A stretch of 64,000 nt of DNA from Eledone cirrhosa (taxonomy: Eukaryota), in contig OZ024743.1 of NCBI GenBank assembly GCA_964016885.1, positions 47,554,001 to 47,618,000 of the forward strand, written 5' to 3'. The number at the start of each line of letters is the position of its first letter. The stretch's first letter is position 1. Shown here one piece after another: positions 27,153-38,984 of this stretch. A model generated the notes under the pieces. It was not told where the DNA came from. It did not search any database and was given only the letters and a program-made list of their open reading frames with translations. A program made the position numbers and the translations under genes.

Positions 27153-27597
27153 CTGTTCAAAACTCTATTGTTATCCTTGACAACAGATTTTACCTGTCTA
27201 AAGTCTAAGAATTCTATGAGTTCTTTTTTTTTTTTTTTCTGAGAGGCTTAAGTGTCAATCTACTGGCCATAAGACCATGAGATTAAATCCCAGGGCAACC
27301 ATTGTTTCATTCCTCTGGACAAGGTACAATATATCACTTGTTCTAACTAGTTACTGACCCTGTACATATGTGTAGCCTACAAATATATATAACCTACATA
27401 TGCAGGATAACCACATGTATGTGTAGCCAGCCTCATCACGTCAAACATGTTTATGTGTATAAGGAAAACACGTGTGCATTGCTCAAGCTGCTAGAAAAAA
27501 CAGCCAAATCTTCCTCAAATAATACCCTACCTTTTTAAACAAGGAAAACATTAAATAATGACAAAATTTGTTCTCGCTCTAACAGAGTGGATATGTA

Positions 27598-27829
27598 AAT
27601 GCATTCATGAGTAATAATAATAGTATTAATATTCAAATCATCTGCAAGCAAACAGCCTCATTATGCCATGTGTTCTAGACAACTAACATCATTCTTTCTG
27701 CTACCACTGGAATAAAAGAATGATGTCAGTAATCTTCATTACATGGTGTAATGAGCCTGTTTGCTTGCAAACGAACCAAATATTAAAATTATTATAATAT
27801 TATTATCATTATTCACTCACGAATGCATT
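27598..27829. mobile_element. Foldback/MITE-like element
   Basis: AATGCATTCATGAGT vs ACTCACGAATGCATT, and TGCAAGCAAACAGCCTCATTATGCCATGT vs ACATGGTGTAATGAGCCTGTTTGCTTGCA, are imperfect inverted repeats. Confidence 0.6.
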
Positions 27830-27859
27830 AAATAATGTATTTGTCATATCTGGAGCACC

Positions 27860-29455
27860 TGACTTAGCTATTGATCTAGAAAAGGCCTTTGACAGAGTAC
27901 CTCTGTCAAATTAGGTGTAGTAGAATGGATTGTGAAAGCAGTGCAAACCATGTACTGAGGATCTGTCAGTAAAGTGAGAATAGGAAGTGAGTTTAGTGAG
28001 GAATTCAAGGTACAGGTAGGAGTTAATCAAGGCTTGGTTCTTAGCCTACTATTGTTCATCATAGTCCTCCAGGCCATAACAGAGGAGTTTAAAACTAGTT
28101 GTCCATGGAAACTTCTCTATGCAAATGATTTGGTCCTTATAAACAAATCCATAAAAGAACTAGAAAATAAGTTCTGTCTATGGAAACAGAATTTGGAATC
28201 AAAAGATCTGAGAGTAAACTTAGCCAAAACTAAAGTGCTAGTAAGTAGGAAAGAAGATAGGACCCTGATCCCTTCAGGGAAGTGGCCCTGCTTAATGTTT
28301 AGAAAAGGAGTAGGCATAAACTCATACCATGTATACCATGAAAATCTTGGGCACACAAGAGGTGTAGTGGAATAATGGTTAGATGAACAAGAAAAGAAAA
28401 CTGTGTATGTAGAAGATGAACAGGAGTAATCGAAGAAGTAATCTTCAATTCACAGGAAGGGTCAATAGAAGTGGTTGATAGCTTCTGCTATCTAGGTGAC
28501 TTAATTAGCAGTAGAGGAGGGTGCTCTGGGAGCATAATAGCTAGAATAAGGATAGGATGGAAGAAGTTTAGAGAGCTACAATAACTAAAATAAGGATAGG
28601 ATGGAAGAAGTTTAGAGAGCTACAATAACTAAAATAAGGATAGGATGGAAGAAGTTTAGAGAGCTACAATAACTAAAATAAGGATAGGATGGAAGAAGTT
28701 TAGAGAGCTACAATAACTAGAATAAGGATAGGATGGAAGAAGTTTAGAGAGCTACAATAACTAAAATAAGGATAGGATGGAAGAAGTTTAGAGAGCTACA
28801 ATAACTAAAATAAGGATAGGATGGAAGAAGTTTAGAGAGCTACAATAACTAAAATAAGGATAGGATGGAAGAAGTTTAGAGAGCTACAATAACTAGAATA
28901 AGGATAGGATGGAAGAAGTTTAAAGAGCTACAATAACTAGAATAAGGATAGAATGGAAGATGTTTAGAGAGCTACTCCTACTGATGACAACAAAAGGTTT
29001 CTTCCTACTTACAAAAAGACGACTGTATGATGCCTGTGTGTGAAAAATTGGCAGTGACTGCAGAACACATGCGTAAACTGGAGAGAAATGAAGCAGCCAT
29101 ACTCTGTTGGGTGTGCAATGTAAACATAAGAGAAAGGCAGAGCTTGGATGAACTGAGGGAGAAACTGGGTTTAAGAGGAATCCGAGGTGGTGTGCAAGAG
29201 AGAAGACTGCATTGGTATGGACATGTGATGCTCATGAATGATGATTGATGAGTGAAGTGCCAGGAAATGCCAGTGGAAGGGATTCGCAGTAGAGGTAGAC
29301 CAAAATAGATCTGGGCAGAGGTGGTGAGAGCTGACCTCAAATCACTGAGACTCACAGAGAAGATGATGAAGAAACACAGTGAGTGAAGAGATGCTGTGCT
29401 GAGAAAGACCCATCCAACCCATGCAAATGTTGAAGAACAGACTAAAAATGATATT
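27860..29455 (+). mobile_element. RTE-clade LINE 3' fragment, decayed
   Basis: DLEKAFDRVP, QGLVLSLLLF, LLYANDLVL, SGKWPC, LRGIRGGVQERRLHWYGHV. Confidence 0.88.
28536..28975 (+). repeat. 44-bp tandem array (10 copies) derived from RTE ORF
   Basis: Unit AATAACTAAAATAAGGATAGGATGGAAGAAGTTTAGAGAGCTAC (the ARIRIGWKKFREL segment), period 44. Confidence 0.95.
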
Positions 29456-29740
29456 GTGAACTTGATAGAATAGCTGATCTAGTGGTTGTATTGTACAGTG
29501 GAAACTTTAACCCTTTCAAAACAAAACCACATGAAACGATCCTAGTTCTATAATACAGAGCTGTTTGTTTTCAAGTGTTTATATTTATCTAGAAAAACCT
29601 TACACCATAATTTTATGTAAGAACTTTTGTTAAGCTATGTACTAACAGACAGTCAATCGACTTTCGTCAAATCGGACCAAGGAAACAATATTTCCGTTGG
29701 TCTTTCCAATTGCTATTACTATCTATCGGTCGCAACTCCA

Positions 29741-30972
29741 TTGTATCATACAGCAGAGACTTCTATGTTGCTAACTTGCTATAACTGAGTTAGGTGTTGT
29801 ATCATACAGCAGAGACTTCTATGTTGCTAACTTGCTATAACTGAGTTAGTTGTTGTATCATACAGCAGAGACTTCTATGTTGCTAACTTGCTATAACTGA
29901 GTTAGGTGTTGTATCATACAGCAGAGACTTCCATGTTGCTAACTTGCTATAACTGAGTTAGGTGTTGTATCATACAGCAGAGACTTCCATGTTGCTAACT
30001 TGCTATAACTGAGTTAGGTGTTGTATCATACAGCAGAGACTTCCATGTTGCTAACTTGCTATAACTGAGTTAGTTGTTGTATCATACAACAGAGACTTCT
30101 ATGTTGCTAACTTGCTATAACTGAGTTAGTTGTTGTATCATACAGCAGAGACTTCCATGTTGCTAACTTGCTATAACTGAGTTAGTTGTTGTATCATACA
30201 GCAGAGACTTTGATGTTCCTAACTTGCTATAACTGAGTTAGTTGTTGTATTATACAGCAGAGACTTTGATGTTGCTAACTTGCTATAACTGAGTTAGTTG
30301 TTGTATCATACAGCAGAGACTTTGATGTTGCTAACTTGCTATAACTGAGTTAGGTGTTGTATCATACAGCAGAGACTTCCATGTTGCTAACTTGCTATAA
30401 CTGAGTTAGTTGTTGTATCATACAACAGAGACTTCGATGTTGCTAACTTGCTATAACTGAGTTAGTTGTTGTATCATACAGCAGAGACTTCCATGTTGCT
30501 AACTTGCTATAACTGAGTTAGGTGTTGTATCATACAGCAGAGACTTTGATGTTGCTAACTTGCTATAACTGAGTTAGGTGTTGTATCATACAGCAGAGAC
30601 TTTGATGTTGCTAACTTGCTATAACTGAGTTAGTTGTTGTATCATACAGCAGAGACTTTGATGTTCCTAACTTGCTATAACTGAGTTAGTTGTTGTATCA
30701 TACAGCAGAGACTTTGATGTTGCTAACTTGCTATAACTGAGTTAGGTGTTGTATCATACAGCAGAGACTTCTATGTTGCTAACTTGCTATAACTGAGTTA
30801 GGTGTTGTATCATACAGCAGAGACTTCTATATTGCTAACTTGCTATAACTGAGTTAGGTGTTGTATCATACAACAGAGACTTCTATGTTGCTAACTTGCT
30901 ATAACTGAGTTAGGTGTTGTATCATACAGCAGAGACTTCTATATTGCTAACTTGCTATAACTGAGTTAGTTG
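29741..30972. repeat. 56-bp minisatellite, ~22 copies
   Basis: Unit TTGTATCATACAGCAGAGACTTCTATGTTGCTAACTTGCTATAACTGAGTTAGGTG, head-to-tail, no spacers. Confidence 0.96.
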
Positions 30973-31499
30973 TACTGTTGATGTTGCTCACTTGATGAAA
31001 TTAGCTGATTTGATATCAACGCCTACTATAATATATTTTTGTTATATCCAATAAAAGCTTCTTCTTCTTCTTTGCTGTCTTCTTCTTCCACGCTCTGGGG
31101 TTGATTTAGTCGACTTTACCCCTTCCCATCAAAAAATGTTGGTTTTGTGCCAAATGTAGAATCCATTATTATTATTATTATTAAAAAAGGATAAATTAAA
31201 AATAAAAAAAATAAAAAAATAAAAAATTTAAATTAAAAAAATAAAAATAAATAATTATTTTTCTTTTTCTTTTTCTTTTTCTTTTTCTTTTTCTTTTTCT
31301 TTTTCTTTTTCTAATTTTTTTTTCTTTTTCCTCCCCATCTCTTCCCCTCCCCTCCCCCTCCTAGAGATATGTGGAATATATAACAAATATATTTCAAAAA
31401 TGTATGTCAAATATTTTCAATGAGTGTTGTTTACTGAGACACCTTTGATCATAGATCTGCTTAATCTGGGCCAGCCTAGGACTAAACAACAATAATAAC

Positions 31500-31685
31500 T
31501 ATTTCTACTTTTGGCACAAGGCCAGCAATTATCCCAGTGCATTACTGGTACTTTATTTTATCGACCCCGTAAGGATGAAAGGCAAAGTTAACCTCCGCGG
31601 AATTTGAACTCAGACCATAAAGGACATAACTCTTTGCTGCAAAGCATGGCGTCCGACCCTCTACCGATACTGCCAATCCACCAAC
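31500..31685 (-). mobile_element. tRNA-derived SINE
   Basis: Same family as 7104-7289 and 56970-57154. Confidence 0.82.
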
Positions 31686-31905
31686 ATCTCCTAAACTTTA
31701 CACAATCTGCTGTTTGCATAAACAAGCAGAACCCTTTGTTGCCAATAGATGCAACATCTCCCTAAAATTCTTTCTCTGTTTCTTTACTGCAACATCACAA
31801 CCACCTCTAGCTCTAAGACCACCAAGTTAATAAGGAAGCCTCTATGTAGTCATTCAACCTGCTAGAAATAGCATTTAATTTCATTTAAATCACACCTTAT
31901 AATTT

Positions 31906-32516
31906 TTAACCCTTTTGATACCAAACTTCCTGAAACTGCCCTTGGTTCTACGATACAAAGTTTTGAAGTATTTATATTTAAATTTAAGCTTTCCATCATA
32001 ATTTTATGTAAAAATATTTTGTTGTTCCAAACATTAGCTTAACAATATACATGGAAATTGAACGAAGACTGCATTACACTGTCTTATGTAATCAGTAACG
32101 TAATCCATGATACATTAAAAAAAGACGATATTATATATAAACTGCATTAGGAGAAAATTAGTGACTGAAATATATGAATGTTTATTTAAGCGATCGCTAA
32201 CCGGAAGTGTTGACATTTGAAAATTTTAAAGAAGTGGATCTTTAAATAAGGAATAAAATATATTTAATGAACAACCACGTAATTTAGTAGAGAAATTATG
32301 TAATATTCATTCATTATTTATTCAAAGTAATCCAACTTATTTTACAAACGGGATAAAAAAATATATTCTGGATGCAGTCCCGCACTCCTTACTTTAGTTT
32401 AGATGGTGAGAAAATTAGATATTTTACTAAATCTTTCCTAATTCTTGATTATTTTCAAAATTAATTGAAAATCATATATAATGTTTTTCAGTAGAAATAT
32501 GGTAATGAAAGGTTAA
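31906..32516. mobile_element. piggyBac-like non-autonomous element (TTAA-flanked)
   Basis: TTAA-CCCTTTTGATACC...GGTAATGAAAGG-TTAA imperfect TIRs interrupting an older repeat. Related pieces at ~29507-29630 and ~60325-60575. Confidence 0.55.
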
Positions 32517-32843
32517 AAAGAGAAGAAAAGATTATATAGTACTGGTTAGGATACCTGTTTAAATTAAGGCTAATGATTGGATTAAACAGCAACAACAACA
32601 ACAGCAACAGCAACATTAAACTCTAAGTCTGCAGCTTCAAACCTTTTACCATCACAACCTATTCTGGCAAAGCAATCATCACCTTCATGATTTTTTTTAA
32701 CACATATATATATATATATTATACATATATATTGCAATGAGATACACATAACATTTAATTAGAAATATTCTTCAATTTTTGTTTTTATTAAATGTTGTTT
32801 TGTAACTCTTATACCTGCTTACCACTTATGGTTTACTATATAA

Positions 32844-34742
32844 CATCATCATCATCGTTTTACGTCCATCTATTTCATGATTGCATGGGTTGGATGGGTC
32901 TTTTTCAGCACAGTGTTTCTCCACTCGCTGTGTTCTTTCATCATCTCCTCTGTGAGTCTTAACAATTTGAGATCAGCTCTCACCACCTCCACCCAGGTCT
33001 TCCTTATACTGCAGCTTCCTTCCATTGGCATTTCCTGGCACTTCTTCACCCAGTGGTCATCATCCATACACACCACATGTCTGTACCAATGCAGTCTTCT
33101 CTCATACACCCCACTTCTGATTCCTCTTAAACCCAATTTCTCCCTCAGTTCATCCAAGCTCCGCCTTCCTCTCACATTAACATTGCACATACAACGGAGC
33201 ATGGTTGCTTCATTTCTCTCCTGCTTACACATGTCCTCTGCAGTCACAGCCAATGTTTCACTACCATGTAGCACCACATGTTCTCTACAGTCACAGCCCA
33301 TGTTTCACTACCATGTAGCACCACATGTCCTCTGCAGTCACAACCAATGTTTCACTACCATGTAGCACCACATGTCCTCTGCAGTCACAAACAATGTTTC
33401 ACTACCATTTAGCACCACATGTCCTCTGCTGTCACAGCCCATGTTTCACTACCATGTAGCACCACATGTTCTCTACAGTCACAGCCCATGTTTCACTATC
33501 ATGTAGCACCACATGTTCTCTACAGTCACAGTCCATGTTTCACTGCCATGTAGCACCACATGTCCTCTGCAGTCACAGCAAATGCTTCATTACCATGTAG
33601 CACCACATGTCCTCTGCAGTCACAGCCCATGTAGCACCACATGTCCTCTACAGTCACAGCCCATGTTTCACTATCATGTAGCACCACATGTTCTTTACAG
33701 TCACAGTCCATGTTTCACTGCCATGTAGCACCACATGTCCTCTGCAGTCACAGCCAATGTTTCACTACCATGTAGCACCACATGTTCTCTACAGTCACAG
33801 TCCATGTTTCACTACCATGTAGCACCACATGTCCTCTGCAGTCACAGCCAATGTTTCACTACCATGTAGCACCACATGTCCTCTGCAATCACAGCCCATA
33901 TTTCACTACCATGTAGCACCACATGTCCTCTGCAATCACAACCAATGTTTCACTACCATGTAGCACCACATGTCCTCTGCAGTCACAACCAATGTTTCAC
34001 TACCATGTAGCACCACATGTCCTCTGCTGTCACAGCCCATGTTTCACTACCATGTAGCACCACATGTTCTCTACAGTCACAGCCCATGTAGCACCACATG
34101 TTCTCTACAGTCACAGTCCATGTTTCACTACCATGTAGCACCACATGTCCTCTGCAGTCACAGCCAATGTTTCACTACCATGTAGCACCACATGTCCTCT
34201 GCTGTCACAGCCCATGTTTCACTACCATGTAGCACCACATGTCCTCTACAGTCACAGCCCATGTTTCATTACCATGTAGCACCACATGTTCTCTACAGTC
34301 ACAGTCCATGTTTCACTACCATGTAGCACCACATGTCCTCTGCAGTCACAGCCAATGTTTCACTACCATGCAGCATAGCACTTCACACACAGGTGTCATA
34401 CAGTTGTCCTTTTGTATGTAGGGAGAAAACTTTTGTTTTCAACAGGGGTAAAAGCTTCTAAACTTCTTCCACCCTATCTTCATTCTAGCTATTATGTTCT
34501 CAGAGCATCCTCTAACGCTGATAATTAGGTCACCGAGATAGCAGAAGCTATCAACCACTTCTATGGGTCCTTCCTGTGATTGAAAAAGGTTTATATCATG
34601 GATGCTCTTCCTCTCGATTACTCCTGTGCATCTTCTACATACAAAGTCTTCCCTTCCTGTTAATCTACCTGTTATCCTCTTGTGTGCCCAAGATTTACAT
34701 TGTATACATTGTATAGAGTTTATGCCTACTCCTTTTCTAAGT
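32844..34742 (-). mobile_element. RTE-clade LINE 3' fragment, decayed
   Basis: LHGSETLAV, LRGIRSGVYERRLHWY, (GAT)n tail at 32844-32856. Same subfamily as 27860-29455. Confidence 0.88.
33228..34376 (-). repeat. 47-bp tandem array (~24-25 copies) derived from RTE ORF
   Basis: Unit ATGTCCTCTGCAGTCACAGCCAATGTTTCACTACCATGTAGCACCAC (the LHGSETWAVTAEDM segment). Two units are internally shortened. Confidence 0.95.
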
Positions 34743-34799
34743 TCATGAAAATTTTACCTTTTTATCAAATATTTCAAAAATATAAACTGCAGTTGGTAC

Positions 34800-35416
34800 A
34801 TTTGAATGGTAATAACATAGGGTAACAAGACCTCTTTAGTCTTATCAAGGAAATGAAAACCTCTCTAGTGCTGGTGCCACTATAAAATGTACTGGGTACA
34901 CTCTGTAAATAGGCTGATATTTGAACAGTAACATGAGATAGAAAAACCCCTTTAGTCTTGTTGATGACATGACAACTTTTCTAATGCTGATACCACTATA
35001 AAATGCACTCAGTAAGATCCATTAATGTGCTTGGTATTTGGACAGTTACAACACAGAGTAGAGAGTACTCTTTAGTCTTATTGAGAACATGACAACCTCT
35101 CCAGTGTTGGTACTACAATAAAATGCAGCCAGTTCACTCTGTAAAGTGGTTGGCATTAAGAAGGGCTTCTAACCATAAACATCATGTCAAAAATGGAACT
35201 TACTGAGTATGGTATGGTCACCCAACCAATCCAGGAATACATTACTTCTAATTAAGTACTGACTTTGTCTGTAACAACCCGTCCAACCTATACCAGCATG
35301 CAAACACAGCTGTAAAATGATGATGATGATGATGATGATGATGATGGTGGTGATGGTGATGATGATGATGATGATGAAGATGATGGTGATGATGGTGATG
35401 ATAATGATGATGGTGA
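34800..35416 (+). mobile_element. RTE 3' UTR fragment with three ~118-bp tandem units and long (GAT)n tail
   Basis: CTTTAGTCTT...CTCTAGTGCTGGTGCCACTATAAAATG repeated three times, then CTGTAAAGTGGTTGGCATTAAGAAGGGC and a GAT tail. Confidence 0.7.
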
Positions 35417-35506
35417 CATTTTCAGAATCATACCATGGCCCATAAGTCAGAGACCACTAATTTAAATAAAGGAGCCCATCTGCTACATTTAATGAAACAA
35501 GTGAAG

Positions 35507-35700
35507 TCATCATCATCATCATTTTACGTCCGCTTTTCCCTGCTTGCAAAGGTGGGACGGGTCCTATTCAGCACAGCATCTCTCCACTTGTCACAATCCT
35601 TTATCATCTCCTCTGGAGCTTCAGCAATCTGAGGTCTGCTCTCACCACCTCCGCCTGTTATTCGTGGTCTTCCTCTACAGCGTCTTCCTTCTACTGGCAT
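35507..35700 (-). mobile_element. Short RTE 3' end
   Basis: (CAT)n-TTTACGTCC...GGGACGGGTC terminus shared with the other RTE copies. Confidence 0.7.
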
Positions 35701-36104
35701 TTTTTTTTAAAATGTATATTGACTAGTCTTGGGCTGGTGGATATCTGAGCCTCACCACTCAAAAGGAACCTTTCAGTCCCCTTGAATTTTGAGAGGAGAA
35801 CCCACCTTACAGTTATGTTTCTCCTTGTAAAATTTCTTTCAAGGGCCTTGATTGCAAGTCAGTTATGTTTACAATGATTCTTCTATTGATTATTCAGAAA
35901 TGAATAATTGTTTCTAACATAAACACAAGTCCAGAACTTTTGTGGAAGAAAAGGTTAGTCAATTGAATTGATTAATAAGAAGAGTTGAAATTAATGCATG
36001 CAAGATTTTACAGCTCTAGCATCAATCCTTCAGAACCAGCCTATGAACTTTTCAGCCGATCCTTGAAGGGTGCACTTCATATCACTGATGCTCAAAAGGA
36101 AGAG

Positions 36105-38335
36105 ACCTAGAATGTAGAAAATGAATGGGAGGAAGAGAGATTGCCCTCAACTGACCCAGCAACTATTGAAATTAACAGCTATGGGGTCAATAAAGCAATG
36201 AAGGAGACAAAAAATGGTGGAGCTGTCGGACCATCTGAGATAATCGCTGAGAGGCTGAAAACATCTGGAGAAGTAGAAGTCACCTGCATAGTTAATCAGG
36301 TAATACAGGATTGAGTCATACCCAATGACTGGTGCAGCAATCATCATCATCATCATCATCATCATCGTTTAACGTCCATCTTCCACGCTAGCATGGGTTT
36401 AGACGGGAATTGTCCAACGTGAGGCAAGATTGGTCGTCTCGCTCGTATAGGACTGTCTGGCAGGTTTCCTACTGCTGGATGCCCTTCCTAACACCAGCCA
36501 CATTTACAGTGTGGAACTGGGAGGTTTTTACCGTGTTACCTACACAGTCACATTACAGCGTGGACTGTGTTTTTTTGTTGTGACACCTACACGACCTCAT
36601 TTATTTAGGACTGGATGTTGTGGTACCAACATAACTTTACAGAGAAAGGGGTGGTGTAGATGGGGGTGGGGGAGTTGGGGTAGTGGGATGGGGGTGTATA
36701 TTTGACTAAGAGGTGCCTACTGACTGTAGGTTTCGCTTTGTACTTAGGCAAGGCGGGTTTTCTGTATTACTGCGTAGCGCCAAAGATCTCGGTCCAGTGA
36801 CATTGTCTTAGAGAGGTGTAAGTGTGTAAGCTCGGAATTTATCAAATCGTCCCAGGTTTTTCTGGGTCTGCCTGCTCCATAACTTCCGTCAATTTTGATC
36901 GCCTTGCACTTTTTTATACAGCTGTCGTCTTTCATGTGCATCACGTGACCATACCAACGTAGTCTTCTCTCGAGTAAACAGCATCTGATCCCTCTTATAC
37001 CTAATTTCTCACTTAGTTCATTTATGCTTTGCTGTTCACGTATATTACTATTACACATCCATGCTTCGTTCCTCTCCAGTCTGTGCAGATCCTCTGCACA
37101 CAATGCCCATGTCTCACTGCCATGTAACATAGCTATTTGTATGCAGGCATCATACAATCTGCCTTTCATTTTTAGAGAGAAACCTTTAGCAGCCAATAGT
37201 GGTATAAGCTCTCTGAACTTTTTCCATCCCGTTCTGACTCTGGCTACTATACTTTCTGAGCACCCTCCACCACTGCTGATTTTGTCACCCAGGTAACGGA
37301 AGATGTCCACTATTTCTATAGAGCCATCTGGGCAATAGAAGGAGCTAGTATCCTGTGGGCACTTGCTACTTATTGCACCTGAGCACCGGCCACATATAAA
37401 ATCTACATTCTTAGATAGCTTACCTGTGATCCCACTACATCTTTTATGCACCCATACTTTGCAATTGGGACATAAAATGGAATTTCTGCCTACTCCATTC
37501 CTACGCGCTGAGCATGGCCATTTCCCAGAGGGGACCTCTGCCCTATTTTCCTTCCTACATACTAGAACTTTAGTCTTAGACAAGTTAACTTTAAGGCCTT
37601 TTGATTCTAGGCCATGCTTCCATGTTTGGAATTTCTTCTCTAGTTCAGCCATCGATTCAGCTATGAGCGTTAGATCATCTGCATAGAGAAGTTCCCATGG
37701 GCAGCTGGTCTTGAACTCCTCTGTTATAGCCTGAAGGGCAATAATAAATAGGAGGGGGTTAACAATCATTAATTGCTACAAAAGTAAAGGTGATGCTCTA
37801 GAAAGGAGCAATTAATTAGGAATAAAGATGATGGACCAAGTTATGAAAGTGACAGAAAGAATACTAGCACAGCTAATTAGAGAAAGAGTCAAATTAGATG
37901 AGATGTAGTTTGATTTTATGCATGAGAAAAGTACTACAGATTCCCTCTTTTTACAGAGACAAAAATAAGCCATTATATCTATTGATCTAGAGGTCTTTAA
38001 CAGAGCACCACACTGTCATCTGGTGGTCCTAAAGGAAACTAGGTGTAGAAGAGTGGCTTGTGAAGGCAGTGGAAGCCATGTACAGAGGAGCTGTTAGTAA
38101 AGTGAAAGTAGGAAGTGAGTTTTGGAGGAATTAAAGGTACAAATAGGAGTGCATCAGGGTTCAGTTATCAACCCACTTCTGTTTATAATAATCCAGACCA
38201 TAACAGAAGTGTTTAAGACTGGCTGTCAATGGGGATATTTGTATGCTGATGATTTGATTCTCATAGCTGAATCTCTAGAAGAACCTGAGAACAAATCCCA
38301 GTTGAAGCAGAAATTAGAATCAAAAGAGGCAAGAG
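36105..38335 (+). mobile_element. Older RTE fragment split by a nested insertion
   Basis: IPNDWCS before 36338 continues as INCYKSKGDALER...DQVMKVTER after 37769; later HQGSVINPLLF and YADD. Confidence 0.8.
36345..37762 (-). mobile_element. Younger RTE LINE, 5'-truncated, nested, 7-bp TSD CAATCAT
   Basis: Open 341-aa ORF (ELLYADDL, SGKWPC, WVHKRCSG, ERRLRWYGHV), 3' UTR, (GAT)n tail. TSD at 36338-36344 and 37763-37769. Confidence 0.92.
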
Positions 38336-38600
38336 TATTATTAATCTACCTTTACATTCATGTATCTATATGTATATACATATACTTTGATATGTATATA
38401 TACATTTATACAACATAGTTGAGTTCTATTTTGGCAGGAATTCCAGTTTGAATTCAACCACTATATAATGTGTTTTTCTCATACAGCGGACTTACTCTAT
38501 TTTCATTAGAGGTCATATATCATGTTAGCATAGAACTGCTAGATTCATTATCGAAACAGTATGCACTATTACTACAAATACCAATGTATTGACTTAGGCT

Positions 38601-38726
38601 CCTGCTGAGGAGTGCAATAGCCCGACTGTGTAATCGTCTGTTGATAATACACAATTTTCTGAACACTGCAGATTTAATATCTGTAGTTGTGAAGTATATT
38701 GCACAAAAACGGATTCCGTTTAGCAG
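38601..38726 (+). ncRNA. Degenerate hammerhead fold with long stem II
   Basis: CUGAGGA-GUGCAAUA...UAUUGCAC-AAAAAC-GG-AUU-CC-GUU-UAG. The GAAA box is mutated; internal hairpin ACUGCAGAU/AUCUGUAGU. Confidence 0.45.
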
Positions 38727-38898
38727 AAAGATACTTAACGTATCTGTACCAAAACACAGCCACTGTACTTGCTATTAACTAAAATGTGTGTACTCTGAAG
38801 TACGGGATAGTCTCTCTACTGCAGTCTTATAGATTCACTGAGTGGGTGAGTCATTGGTCTGAGATCAATGAATTAATATCAACGATTTGCGTTAGCCT

Positions 38899-38984
<86 letters not shown>

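Noticed and set aside
18321-27242. Very long ORFs (2211 aa Thr/Pro/Asn; Val/Gly/Leu/Cys-rich on the minus strand) as real genes
   Set aside because: They arise from CAA/CAC triplets that cannot form stops in most frames. The same repeat is read as PT or NT after single-base slips, and there is no signal peptide or domain.
29741-30972. CRISPR-like appearance of regular repeats (also the 44-bp and 47-bp arrays)
   Set aside because: Units are head-to-tail with no unique spacers, there are no cas genes, and the context is eukaryotic.
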